A DNA stretch of 64,000 nt, from NCBI GenBank assembly GCA_964016885.1, contig OZ024741.1:116064001-116128000 (forward strand), given 5' to 3'. Of this stretch, positions 31,619 through 45,226 are shown one piece after another. Numbering within the stretch: the stretch's first letter is position 1; each line of letters begins with the position of its first letter. The DNA is from Eledone cirrhosa. Taxonomy: Eukaryota. The position numbers and the translations under genes are program-made. Below the pieces are notes generated by a model. It was given only the letters and a program-made list of their open reading frames with translations, ran no database searches and was not told the origin of the DNA.

Positions 31619-31753
31619 CTGCAGTATATATTTATCTTTTGCCTCTTCAGACTTTTTGTTAGCCCCATCATTTAATAGCACATCTATATCTTTTTCTTTC
31701 ATCTGTAGAACGAGATCTCTTAATTTCTTCCAACGCCACTCCGAAGATGTTAG
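31619..31753 (-). CDS. Host gene exon (135 nt, phase 0-0)
   Basis: ctctctttag|LTSSEWRWKKLRDLVLQMKEKDIDVLLNDGANKKSEEAKDKYILQ|gttaaa; splices in frame to the next two exons. Confidence 0.78.
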
Positions 31754-32440
31754 CTAAAGAGAGATAGAGAAATGCATAGAAAAGGAGAAATCGAATTAAA
31801 ATTATAGGTATTGGTAAAAAGGGATAAAGAAGATCAGTCAGTTCTGTCAGTAGTGCAATGGAACTGTAGATAATCTAGTTACAAAACATTTACTGTTACA
31901 TTGGTGGGAAGATTGATCAAACACAACACTGGAAACAAAATGGAAAGAGTGAATTAAAAGAAAAAAAAAGCTTTGCTTTTATCAGACATGTTCTGACATG
32001 GAGAGGTAACACAGAAGCTGTGGGTTCAACCTAGGTTTTACAAAAAAAAAAAAAATATGGTTTATAGATTTTATTCCCTTAAAAGGAAGAAGTATAAAAT
32101 GGATCAGTTTTTTTTTTCTTTTGTTTGAAATAAAATTTGATTTTTGCTTCTGCACATATGTATATATACATATATATATACATATATATATTTATACATA
32201 TACACATATACATCCTTACATATATATATATTTATTTATACATATACACATATACATCCTTATATATATATATATATATTTATACATATACACATATACA
32301 TCCTTATATATATATATATATATTTATACATATACACATATACATCCTTATATATATATATATATATATATGTATACATATACACATATACATTCTTATA
32401 TATATATATACATATACATCCTTATATATATATATCTATC

Positions 32441-32582
32441 TAAGGCGGGTAAAATTCCCGAGATCCATGGACGAGTTCTCTCCAGCGGTCTCTGTCCCTC
32501 ATTATCGCTGCCATGTCCTGCGTCTCCAACAGACCAGTGTCTGTCCTTAGGGCATCAACATACGTTAACCTTGGTCTTCCTG
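32441..32582 (-). mobile_element. LINE 3'-end fragment
   Basis: Translates [16 protein letters not shown]...[11 protein letters not shown]..., typical of RTE-group C-termini; embedded in microsatellite. Confidence 0.65.
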
Positions 32583-32659
32583 TACATATACATCCTTATA
32601 TATATATACATACATATACATCCTTATATATATATATATATATATACATACATATACAT

Positions 32660-32694
<35 letters not shown>

Positions 32695-32815
32695 TGAAAA
32701 AGAACAAAAGAACTATTATGACATACATACATATACATCCTTATATATATATATTTATACATATACACATCCTTATATATATATATATAAATGTATACAT
32801 ATACACATATACATC

Positions 32816-32867
<52 letters not shown>

Positions 32868-32988
32868 AATATAAATATATACATACATATATATATATAT
32901 ATAATATATATATATATATAAATATAAATATATACATACATACATATATATATATATATAATATATATATATATATAAATATAAATAT

Positions 32989-33019
<31 letters not shown>

Positions 33020-33040
33020 AATATATATAAATATAAATAT

Positions 33041-33092
<52 letters not shown>

Positions 33093-33400
33093 TTATATAT
33101 ATATATATATATAAATATATACATACATACATACATATAAATATATACATACATGCATACATACATATAAATATATACATACATACATACATATATATAT
33201 ATACATACATACAGACATATATATATATACATACATACAGACATATATATATATACATACATACATACATATATATATATACATACATACATACATATAT
33301 ATATATACATACATACATACATATATATATATACATACATACATATATATATATATAAATATATACATACATACATATATATATATAAATATATACATAC

Positions 33401-33431
<31 letters not shown>

Positions 33432-33590
33432 AATATATACATACATACATATATATATATATATAAATATATACATACATACATACATACATATATATAT
33501 ATATAAATATATACATACATACATACATACATATATATATATATAAATATATACATACATACATACATACATATATATATATATAAATAT

Positions 33591-33623
<33 letters not shown>

Positions 33624-33736
33624 TATATAAATATATACATACATACATACATATATATATATATAAATATATACATACATACATACATACATATATATAT
33701 ATATAAATATATACATACATACATACATATATATAT

Positions 33737-33769
<33 letters not shown>

Positions 33770-33805
33770 AATATATACATACATACATATATATATATAT
33801 ATAAA

Positions 33806-34204
33806 TGGTGGCTGCCAACTCGTTTTCGAGTACGGCCACTACTTTATATCCATGTAGGAGAACCCCTACCGATGCGCTGAACGAATGTGACTTTTTAGTC
33901 CAGCCAGCGACTTGAAAACTCTGGTACAAAGACTACACTTGTGACCATTATTGACACATAGTGCAGGGCCCATGGTACCATGTGATGACAAGTGCAGAGA
34001 GATCTCCAGATATAAAGCAATGCCTGTGCTGTGAAGCTTTTATAGTGAGCAAAGGCACTGCACAAAGCCAGTCCCACTCTCTTAACCAAGATGATATTTA
34101 CCAAAAAGAAGAACAAGTCAACATCATTGGATACCATCAGGGTTGCAGGTGTTATATCAGAGTTTTCCTTCTCCTAGAATTCTGCCTTGACAAAGGCTAA
34201 GGGG
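33806..34204 (-). mobile_element. Short bipartite non-autonomous RTE derivative (5'UTR + last zinc finger + 3' end)
   Basis: 34017-34204 aligns with RTE 5'UTR 44381-44587; 33806-33950 aligns with the RTE ORF end and 3' terminus (40248-40285, 40740-40800). Confidence 0.85.
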
Positions 34205-34307
34205 TATGTATGTATGTATATATTTATATATATATATATGTATGTATGTATGTATGTATATAAATATATACATACATACATACATACATATATATATATA
34301 TAAATAT

Positions 34308-34340
<33 letters not shown>

Positions 34341-34435
34341 TATATAAATATATACATACATACATACATACATATATATATATATAAATATATACATACA
34401 TACATACATACATATATATATATATAAATATATAC

Positions 34436-34466
<31 letters not shown>

Positions 34467-34575
34467 AATATATACATACATACATACATATATATATATA
34501 TAAATATATACATACATACATACATATATATATATATAAATATATACATACATACATATATATATATATAAATAT

Positions 34576-34606
<31 letters not shown>

Positions 34607-34611
34607 AATAT

Positions 34612-34650
<39 letters not shown>

Positions 34651-34655
34651 TATAC

Positions 34656-34692
<37 letters not shown>

Positions 34693-34701
34693 AATATATA
34701 C

Positions 34702-34738
<37 letters not shown>

Positions 34739-34747
34739 AATATATAC

Positions 34748-34784
<37 letters not shown>

Positions 34785-34793
34785 AATATATAC

Positions 34794-34830
<37 letters not shown>

Positions 34831-34847
34831 AATATATACATACATAC

Positions 34848-34878
<31 letters not shown>

Positions 34879-34887
34879 TACATATAT

Positions 34888-34940
<53 letters not shown>

Positions 34941-34945
34941 TATAC

Positions 34946-35006
<61 letters not shown>

Positions 35007-35031
35007 CATATATATATATATATATAAATAT

Positions 35032-35076
<45 letters not shown>

Positions 35077-35081
35077 TATAC

Positions 35082-35118
<37 letters not shown>

Positions 35119-35127
35119 AATATATAC

Positions 35128-35170
<43 letters not shown>

Positions 35171-35205
35171 TATACATACATATATATATATATATATATA
35201 AATAT

Positions 35206-35238
<33 letters not shown>

Positions 35239-35243
35239 AATAT

Positions 35244-35276
<33 letters not shown>

Positions 35277-35285
35277 AATATATAC

Positions 35286-35320
<35 letters not shown>

Positions 35321-35325
35321 AATAT

Positions 35326-35368
<43 letters not shown>

Positions 35369-35369
35369 T

Positions 35370-35418
<49 letters not shown>

Positions 35419-35419
35419 T

Positions 35420-35466
<47 letters not shown>

Positions 35467-35471
35467 TATAC

Positions 35472-35508
<37 letters not shown>

Positions 35509-35513
35509 AATAT

Positions 35514-35550
<37 letters not shown>

Positions 35551-35555
35551 AATAT

Positions 35556-35598
<43 letters not shown>

Positions 35599-35603
35599 TA
35601 TAC

Positions 35604-35648
<45 letters not shown>

Positions 35649-35649
35649 T

Positions 35650-35694
<45 letters not shown>

Positions 35695-35695
35695 T

Positions 35696-35738
<43 letters not shown>

Positions 35739-35743
35739 TATAC

Positions 35744-35788
<45 letters not shown>

Positions 35789-35793
35789 TATAC

Positions 35794-35824
<31 letters not shown>

Positions 35825-35871
35825 AATATATACATACATACATACATATATATATATATATAAATATATAC

Positions 35872-35904
<33 letters not shown>

Positions 35905-35913
35905 AATATATAC

Positions 35914-35946
<33 letters not shown>

Positions 35947-35955
35947 AATATATAC

Positions 35956-35988
<33 letters not shown>

Positions 35989-35997
35989 AATATATAC

Positions 35998-36028
<31 letters not shown>

Positions 36029-36037
36029 AATATATAC

Positions 36038-36080
<43 letters not shown>

Positions 36081-36089
36081 TATACATAC

Positions 36090-36126
<37 letters not shown>

Positions 36127-36135
36127 AATATATAC

Positions 36136-36172
<37 letters not shown>

Positions 36173-36181
36173 AATATATAC

Positions 36182-36226
<45 letters not shown>

Positions 36227-36231
36227 TATAC

Positions 36232-36278
<47 letters not shown>

Positions 36279-36287
36279 TATACATAC

Positions 36288-36334
<47 letters not shown>

Positions 36335-36335
36335 T

Positions 36336-36386
<51 letters not shown>

Positions 36387-36387
36387 T

Positions 36388-36440
<53 letters not shown>

Positions 36441-36445
36441 TATAC

Positions 36446-36494
<49 letters not shown>

Positions 36495-36499
36495 TATAC

Positions 36500-36542
<43 letters not shown>

Positions 36543-36547
36543 TATAC

Positions 36548-36590
<43 letters not shown>

Positions 36591-36595
36591 TATAC

Positions 36596-36652
<57 letters not shown>

Positions 36653-36661
36653 TATACATAC

Positions 36662-36696
<35 letters not shown>

Positions 36697-36705
36697 AATA
36701 TATAC

Positions 36706-36740
<35 letters not shown>

Positions 36741-36749
36741 AATATATAC

Positions 36750-36818
<69 letters not shown>

Positions 36819-36827
36819 TATACATAC

Positions 36828-36888
<61 letters not shown>

Positions 36889-36932
36889 TATACATACATA
36901 CATACATATATATATATATATAAAATATATAC

Positions 36933-36965
<33 letters not shown>

Positions 36966-36973
36966 AAATATAC

Positions 36974-37029
<56 letters not shown>

Positions 37030-37045
37030 AAATATATACATACAA

Positions 37046-37086
<41 letters not shown>

Positions 37087-37091
37087 TATAC

Positions 37092-37130
<39 letters not shown>

Positions 37131-37131
37131 C

Positions 37132-37176
<45 letters not shown>

Positions 37177-37185
37177 TATACATAC

Positions 37186-37230
<45 letters not shown>

Positions 37231-37235
37231 TATAC

Positions 37236-37270
<35 letters not shown>

Positions 37271-37396
37271 AATATATATATACATACATATATATATATA
37301 TATATATAAATATATACATACATATATATATGTAAATATATAAATATATACATACATACATATAGATATATATAAATATATACATACATACATACA

Positions 37397-37440
<44 letters not shown>

Positions 37441-37449
37441 TATACATAC

Positions 37450-37498
<49 letters not shown>

Positions 37499-37532
37499 TA
37501 TACATACATACATACATATATAAATACATACA

Positions 37533-37578
<46 letters not shown>

Positions 37579-37583
37579 AATAT

Positions 37584-37626
<43 letters not shown>

Positions 37627-37647
37627 TATACATACATACATATATAT

Positions 37648-38062
37648 ATGGTGGCTGCCAACTCGTTTTCGAGTACGGCCACTACTTTATATCCATGTAG
37701 GAGAACCCCTACTGATGCGCTGAACGAGTGTGACTTTTTAGTCCAGCCAGCGACTTGAAAACTTTGGTACAAACACTACACTTGTGACAATTACTGACAC
37801 ATAGTGCTGGGCCCATGGTACCCTGTGATGACAAGTGCAGAGAGATCTCCAGATATAAAGCAATGCCTGTGCCGTGAAGCTTTTATAGTGAGCAAAGGCA
37901 CTGCACAAAGCCAGTCCCACTCTCTTAACCAAGATGATATTTACCAAAAAGAAGAACAAGTCAACATCATTGGATACCATCAGGGTTGCAGGTGTTATAA
38001 TCAGAGTTTTCCTTCTCCTAGAATTCTGCCTTGACAAAGGCTAAGGGGTCATCTCTCCCGGA
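37648..38062 (-). mobile_element. Second copy of the short bipartite RTE derivative
   Basis: Highly similar to 33806-34204, slightly longer at the 5' end. Confidence 0.85.
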
Positions 38063-38319
38063 CATATATATATAAATATATACATACATACATACATACA
38101 TATATATATATATAAATATATACATACATACATACATACATATATATATATATAAATATATACATACATACATACATACATATATATATATATAAATATA
38201 TACATACATACATACATACATATATATATAAATATATACATACATACATACATACATATATATATATATAAATATATACATACATACATACATACATATA
38301 TATATATATAAATATATAC

Positions 38320-38350
<31 letters not shown>

Positions 38351-38359
38351 AATATATAC

Positions 38360-38390
<31 letters not shown>

Positions 38391-38399
38391 AATATATAC

Positions 38400-38430
<31 letters not shown>

Positions 38431-38439
38431 AATATATAC

Positions 38440-38470
<31 letters not shown>

Positions 38471-38479
38471 AATATATAC

Positions 38480-38514
<35 letters not shown>

Positions 38515-38523
38515 AATATATAC

Positions 38524-38554
<31 letters not shown>

Positions 38555-38563
38555 AATATATAC

Positions 38564-38596
<33 letters not shown>

Positions 38597-38605
38597 AATA
38601 TATAC

Positions 38606-38636
<31 letters not shown>

Positions 38637-38649
38637 AATATATACATAC

Positions 38650-38680
<31 letters not shown>

Positions 38681-38689
38681 AATATATAC

Positions 38690-38720
<31 letters not shown>

Positions 38721-38769
38721 AATATATACATACATACATACATACATATATATATATATAAATATATAC

Positions 38770-38800
<31 letters not shown>

Positions 38801-38879
38801 AATATATATATACATACATACATATATATATAAATATATACATACATACATACATATATATATATATATAAATATATAC

Positions 38880-38910
<31 letters not shown>

Positions 38911-38923
38911 AATATATACATAC

Positions 38924-38954
<31 letters not shown>

Positions 38955-38963
38955 AATATATAC

Positions 38964-38994
<31 letters not shown>

Positions 38995-39003
38995 AATATA
39001 TAC

Positions 39004-39034
<31 letters not shown>

Positions 39035-39043
39035 AATATATAC

Positions 39044-39076
<33 letters not shown>

Positions 39077-39085
39077 AATATATAC

Positions 39086-39116
<31 letters not shown>

Positions 39117-39125
39117 AATATATAC

Positions 39126-39209
<84 letters not shown>

Positions 39210-39329
39210 ATACATATATATATATATATATAAATATATACATACATACATACATATATAAATATATACATACATACATACATATATAAATATATACATA
39301 CATACATACATATATAAATATATACATAC

Positions 39330-39394
<65 letters not shown>

Positions 39395-39395
39395 T

Positions 39396-39458
<63 letters not shown>

Positions 39459-39497
39459 TATACATACATACATACATATATATATATAAATATATAC

Positions 39498-39530
<33 letters not shown>

Positions 39531-39607
39531 AATATATACATACATACATACATATATATATATAAATATATACATACATACATACATATATATATATAAA
39601 TATATAC

Positions 39608-39642
<35 letters not shown>

Positions 39643-39647
39643 AATAT

Positions 39648-39678
<31 letters not shown>

Positions 39679-39683
39679 AATAT

Positions 39684-39714
<31 letters not shown>

Positions 39715-39849
39715 AATATATACATACATACATATATATATATAAATATATACATACATACATACATATATATATATATAAATATATACATACATACATA
39801 CATATATATATATATAAATATATACATACATACATATATATATAAATAT

Positions 39850-39892
<43 letters not shown>

Positions 39893-39901
39893 TATACATA
39901 C

Positions 39902-39950
<49 letters not shown>

Positions 39951-39959
39951 TATACATAC

Positions 39960-40006
<47 letters not shown>

Positions 40007-40015
40007 TATACATAC

Positions 40016-40050
<35 letters not shown>

Positions 40051-40063
40051 AATATATACATAC

Positions 40064-40098
<35 letters not shown>

Positions 40099-40103
40099 AA
40101 TAT

Positions 40104-40146
<43 letters not shown>

Positions 40147-40159
40147 AATATATACATAC

Positions 40160-40194
<35 letters not shown>

Positions 40195-40207
40195 AATATA
40201 TACATAC

Positions 40208-40242
<35 letters not shown>

Positions 40243-40247
40243 AATAT

Positions 40248-40320
40248 ATGATGGCTGCCCCCTCGTTATCGAGTATGGCCATTGCACAATAAAAAAAAAA
40301 AAAAAAATAAAATAAAATAA

Positions 40321-40377
<57 letters not shown>

Positions 40378-40557
40378 AATAAAAAAAAAATTAAAAAAAA
40401 AAAAAAAGATATATATATATATATATATATGCACACATATATATACATATATATATATATACACATATATATACACACACACATACATACATACATATAT
40501 ACACACACACATACATACACATACACTCACACATATATACACACATACATTAATAAC

Positions 40558-40600
<43 letters not shown>

Positions 40601-40679
40601 GCAATAATAATAATAACGACAACAACAATAATAATATACATATTCATATATATATACACACACACGCACGCACATAAGC

Positions 40680-40721
<42 letters not shown>

Positions 40722-43700
40722 GATAGCAACTAACAGTGCTGCGATCGAATGTGGCTTTTTAGCCCAGCCAATGATCCAAAATGTCTTGCACAGAGTCGGC
40801 AACCAAAACATTTACTGGGAATAGTCGGCTGTGGTTGGAGTTCGTGTACTTTTGCATGTCGCTTGAGTCCTCCTGCTGATTTACATTCTCTACCACATGT
40901 TTGGCAAGCATGATGAGTAGCATCTCCAACAGCAGCCTGGTAGTCAACCACTGGTCTTACTTTATGACTGCGAAGATGACTTTCGAGTCCAGCTTTGCTT
41001 AGGCAGAGTCTCGCACAGACGCTGCATGTCAGAAACATAGGAGGACCCTCGCCGTCTGGAAGTGCAACAGCAATACCCTTCCTCACGTCCCGCTTTACTT
41101 TCTCGTGTGCGATTCGAGATGCCTCAAAGGCAACTTTTCCCTCATATACAGTCTTTCTCCATTTATTACGATCAGCAGCAACATTTTCCCATGTATCAGC
41201 AGAGATGTTAGCGTCTCTCAGAGAGGCCTTCAAGGAATCCTTATACCTCTTTTTTGGTTTATGTGGCGGTCGTTTTCCTTTAACCAACTCTCCATAGAAG
41301 AGTTGTTTTGGTATTCTAGAATCCTTCATCCTGGCAAGGTGACCACTCCAACGGAGTCGCTGCTTAAGCACAAGAGCTTCTATACTGTCACACATAGAGC
41401 TTTCCAAAATCTCGACATCACTGATGTGGTCCCTCCAGCGAACGCCATGTATCCGTCTGAGACACATCTGATGGAAACGCTCCAATTGCTTAAGGTGGCG
41501 TCGATATGTGACCCAGGTCTCGCAGGCATAAAGAAGACAAGAGAGTACACATGCCCTGTACACCTTTACCTTTGTCCTCCTGCATATGTCTCGCCGACCC
41601 CAGAGTCGCCTTTCTAGCTTTCCGAAAGCATCACTTGCTTTCCTAATCCTAAGTGAGATTTCACTGTCAAGGTTGCCGTATCGATTGACAGTGCTTCCCA
41701 GGTAGACAAACTGATCAACCACTCCAAGTCGTTTGCCATACACATAGATGTTTGGTTCAGTGTACTGCCTACCAGGTGCAGGTTGGTACATGACGACGGT
41801 TTTCTTGAGACTGACAGTCAAACCCAGGGCAGTGCAAGCGTCAGAAAATACATTCAAAATGTGCTGCATATCACTCTCTGTGTGCGCTACAAGATCGCAA
41901 TCATCTGCATACAAGAGGTCTCTTATGACTGATGTAAATACTTTTGTCTTCGCAGCAAAGCGCCTGATGTTAAATATGCTGCCTGAGGTTCGATATCGGA
42001 TGTAAACACCATGCTCGCAATTCCTGAATGCAACACAGAAAACCATTGCAAAGTATATGGCAAACAGGGTCGGTGCTGGAATATCCCCCTGTTTCACTCC
42101 ATTTTTTACTGAGATAGGCTCCGACATGTTACCTCCGACATTAACCCAAGCCTTCATGTCGTCATGGAAAGACCTAACTAAAGCAAGGAACTTATCAGGG
42201 CAACCAAGTTTCTGGAGAACCTTCCATAATGCATCTCTGTTGACAGTATCGAAAGCCTTTGTCAGATCGACAAAAACCTGATACAGATCCAAGCCCTGTT
42301 CAATGCACTTCTCCTGGAGCTGTCTAGCTGAGAAGATCATATCAGTAGTGCCGCGTCCAACACGAAAACCAGATTGACTTTCAGGAAGGACACAATCTGC
42401 AATGTGTGTCAGCAGACGGTCCAGAAGCACCCTACATAAAACTTTCCCCACGACAGAAAGCAATGATATACCTCTGTAGTTCCCACAATCATTCCTGTTA
42501 CCCTTTCCCTTGTACAAGACCACCATTACTGCATCTCTCCAGTCCTCAGGCACGGATTCATTAGCCCATATCCTTCCAAACAGAGAGTGAAGATGTTGCA
42601 GGAGTCTCTCACCACCATATTGTAGGAGCTCAGCATGTATGCCATCCATACCTGGAGATCTTCCACTGTTCAGCTTCGAAATAGCCACTGCAACCTCCAC
42701 AAGTGTCGGAGGCTCTGCGAGAGCTACTTTCACAGGACTTTCCGGAATGAGATTGAGGAAATCTTCACTGACGACAGACGGCTGATTCAAAAGATCATCA
42801 AAGTGCTCTCGCCACCTTCGTAGAATTCCCTGTGAGTCACGAAGAAGTTCTTTGCCATCCCTGCTGCGAATCGGTGTCACCAGAGAAGAAGACGGTCCAT
42901 AAACCTCACGCAAGAGACTGTACAACAGCTTTGTGTTATTGCAATCAGACGCAGTTTGTATCTCACCAGCCTTCTCACTCCACCACTGATCCTTCATCTG
43001 AGAAAGACTCCGCCTAACACGTGATTTTACATCCCTGAGCTCCTCATGCAACGTATTCCTCTCCTGTGGTCTTGCCGTCAAGCAGCGTGACAGAGCGCGC
43101 CTCTTATCAGCCAACAAGTCATCTATATGCACATCTTTCTCATTAAACCAGTCCTGATGTTTTCTCTGCACCAATCCCAGAACACGTCTGCCTACATCAT
43201 AAACCGACTTTTTAAGGGTCGGCCAATCCTCACCAAGATCTGCAGCCTGCATCTCTTCTTCCAATGTCCTCTTCACATTTTTATCCTTAAGACGAGCAGC
43301 ATTCAATCTTTTGGGCAGGGTAACACCAGGAGCCCGGATTTTACGTTTGGTGATTAGATTCACTTTTGCGCGTACCAGGCGGTGGTCCGTCCAGCACTCA
43401 GCTCCACGAAGAACACGAACACACCGCACATCCTGTCTGTCACGCATCCTGACTAGGACGTAGTCCAAAAGATGCCATTCCTTAGATGCAGGATGCATCC
43501 ATGTGATCTTGAATTTGTTCTTTTGTTGGAACATGGTGTTGGTAACACACAGATCCAGCTCCTCACACATCTGCAGCAAGAGCATACCATTGCTGTTACA
43601 CTTTCCCACCCCATGCCTTCCGATTACATTCCATGTGTTAAAATCCCTACCCACTCTAGCATTAAAGTCACCAAGCACGATGACTTTGTCTGCCTGAGGG

Positions 43701-44316
43701 ATATTTCTTAAAACACCTTTCAAGGCATGGTAAAAGGACAGTTTTTCTTCATCGACAGAATTCATAGTTGGAGCATACACACTCACCAGGGTAGCATATC
43801 TTCCCTTGTCCAGCGGAACTCTCATGGACATAAGACGCTCACTAATCCCCACTGGGAATTCTTCTAATTTATTCACCAGTACAGTCTTAACAGCAAATCC
43901 TACCCCAGCCTCTCTTCTGGTTCCTTCATCTCTTCCTTTCCAGAAGAATGTATATTCTCCACAAAATTCCGTAAGATGACCATCTCCAGCTAACCTCGTC
44001 TCAGACAAAGCCACGATGTCAAGATCGTAACGTCGAAGCTCCTTCGCAACAAGAGCGGTCCTTCGTTCAGGACGCTCCAAAGAATCCCTGTCAAGCAGCG
44101 TCCGTACGTTCCAGCAGCCAAGACTAAATGCCCTGTTTGGCTCTATTACAATGGCACGATGACGGGCGGGCCCAGGTTGTGATAACTTGGGGCCCCTGCC
44201 CTTATTGCCAATGATCTCTTTTGTTCCAGAACCCAAATTGGCAATTATCTCGTTTACATTGTTCTGGAACATCATTGAATTGGGAAAAAAAAAAAAAAAA
44301 AAAAAAAGTAATAATA

Positions 44317-44353
<37 letters not shown>

Positions 44354-44652
44354 ACTATTAATAATTATTAATGCACTCGTGCAATGCCTGTGCGTGACGA
44401 ATATTTTTAAAGTGAGGAAAGACTGTGCACTGAACCAATCCCACTCTCTGAGCGACAGTAGCTATAACCCGAAAAGAAGAAAAGATCAACATCATCGGTA
44501 ACTACTGAGCCGCAGGTTTTATATCGGAGTTAACCCAGTTTCCTGAGATGCCTTCTCCTAGAAGAATACCCTGACATGGGCTAGGGGTTCTTCACTCCCA
44601 GTGGTTTAACTGCGCGATCGGGCATCCAGCCCGATTATTTCTATGTCCCCGC

Positions 44653-44655
<3 letters not shown>
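40248..44655 (-). mobile_element. Apparently full-length RTE (BovB-like) LINE
   Basis: Intact ORF; 5'UTR to ~44655; 3' terminus gccatactcgataacgagggggcagccatcat; microsatellites within both UTRs. Confidence 0.92.
40730..44275 (-). CDS. RTE polyprotein, 1181 aa: AP endonuclease + reverse transcriptase + 3 C2H2 zinc fingers
   Basis: CWNVRTL, ALSETRL, SVYAPT, GDFNARVG, TDHRLV; FVDLTKAFD, KQGD, LLYADD, YLGS; three CxxC...GLxxH motifs; no stops or frameshifts. Confidence 0.95.
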   Translation of the reverse strand: MMFQNNVNEIIANLGSGTKEIIGNKGRGPKLSQPGPARHRAIVIEPNRAFSLGCWNVRTLLDRDSLERPERRTALVAKELRRYDLDIVALSETRLAGDGHLTEFCGEYTFFWKGRDEGTRREAGVGFAVKTVLVNKLEEFPVGISERLMSMRVPLDKGRYATLVSVYAPTMNSVDEEKLSFYHALKGVLRNIPQADKVIVLGDFNARVGRDFNTWNVIGRHGVGKCNSNGMLLLQMCEELDLCVTNTMFQQKNKFKITWMHPASKEWHLLDYVLVRMRDRQDVRCVRVLRGAECWTDHRLVRAKVNLITKRKIRAPGVTLPKRLNAARLKDKNVKRTLEEEMQAADLGEDWPTLKKSVYDVGRRVLGLVQRKHQDWFNEKDVHIDDLLADKRRALSRCLTARPQERNTLHEELRDVKSRVRRSLSQMKDQWWSEKAGEIQTASDCNNTKLLYSLLREVYGPSSSLVTPIRSRDGKELLRDSQGILRRWREHFDDLLNQPSVVSEDFLNLIPESPVKVALAEPPTLVEVAVAISKLNSGRSPGMDGIHAELLQYGGERLLQHLHSLFGRIWANESVPEDWRDAVMVVLYKGKGNRNDCGNYRGISLLSVVGKVLCRVLLDRLLTHIADCVLPESQSGFRVGRGTTDMIFSARQLQEKCIEQGLDLYQVFVDLTKAFDTVNRDALWKVLQKLGCPDKFLALVRSFHDDMKAWVNVGGNMSEPISVKNGVKQGDIPAPTLFAIYFAMVFCVAFRNCEHGVYIRYRTSGSIFNIRRFAAKTKVFTSVIRDLLYADDCDLVAHTESDMQHILNVFSDACTALGLTVSLKKTVVMYQPAPGRQYTEPNIYVYGKRLGVVDQFVYLGSTVNRYGNLDSEISLRIRKASDAFGKLERRLWGRRDICRRTKVKVYRACVLSCLLYACETWVTYRRHLKQLERFHQMCLRRIHGVRWRDHISDVEILESSMCDSIEALVLKQRLRWSGHLARMKDSRIPKQLFYGELVKGKRPPHKPKKRYKDSLKASLRDANISADTWENVAADRNKWRKTVYEGKVAFEASRIAHEKVKRDVRKGIAVALPDGEGPPMFLTCSVCARLCLSKAGLESHLRSHKVRPVVDYQAAVGDATHHACQTCGRECKSAGGLKRHAKVHELQPQPTIPSKCFGCRLCARHFGSLAGLKSHIRSQHC

Positions 44656-44687
<32 letters not shown>

Positions 44688-45030
44688 ACTTATTGACACT
44701 TATACGTACGACATACACACACACGCATACATATGCGTGCACACAGCAACACTCACACACACAACAAACACACACACACGCTACTCTACTCACTTACACG
44801 CACACACACACATATATATATATATATATTACCGTCATTACTGATACAAGATTACCAGATTATGTCAACTGTTGACTTTCAAGAGTTTGTATAGTTGAAG
44901 CCGATCGTATTACAGTGCGACTGGCCAGCGCATCACTGGTACTCTCTTTTGTTGACTCCGTGGAGAGCCATAACTCTATGCTGTAAAGCAATTATAGTAA
45001 TACTGGACTGTAATATAAATATATACATAC

Positions 45031-45089
<59 letters not shown>

Positions 45090-45098
45090 TATACATAC

Positions 45099-45135
<37 letters not shown>

Positions 45136-45148
45136 AATATATACATAC

Positions 45149-45199
<51 letters not shown>

Positions 45200-45226
45200 T
45201 ATACATACATATATATATATATATAT

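Larger units (their letters stand above)
32850..40247. repeat. Compound higher-order microsatellite [TAAATATA(TACA)n(TA)m]
   Basis: Direct reading; the same motif recurs at 45012-45225 and 47628-47970. Confidence 0.97.

Noticed and set aside
34157-40665. Very long YIYI/MYVC ORFs (up to 1182 aa), and similar ORFs at 934-1743, 3965-4788, 12692-14609, 20963-21997
   Set aside because: Stop-free translations of (TA)n/(TACA)n microsatellites; open in several frames on both strands.
41105-43711. Antisense ORFs overlapping the RTE frames (also 45496-47046, 62362-63717)
   Set aside because: Typical shadow ORFs opposite a long coding frame; no motifs.
44370-44655. HDV-like ribozyme in the 5'UTR of the intact RTE
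   Set aside because: Could not build a convincing nested pseudoknot by eye; needs a descriptor search.
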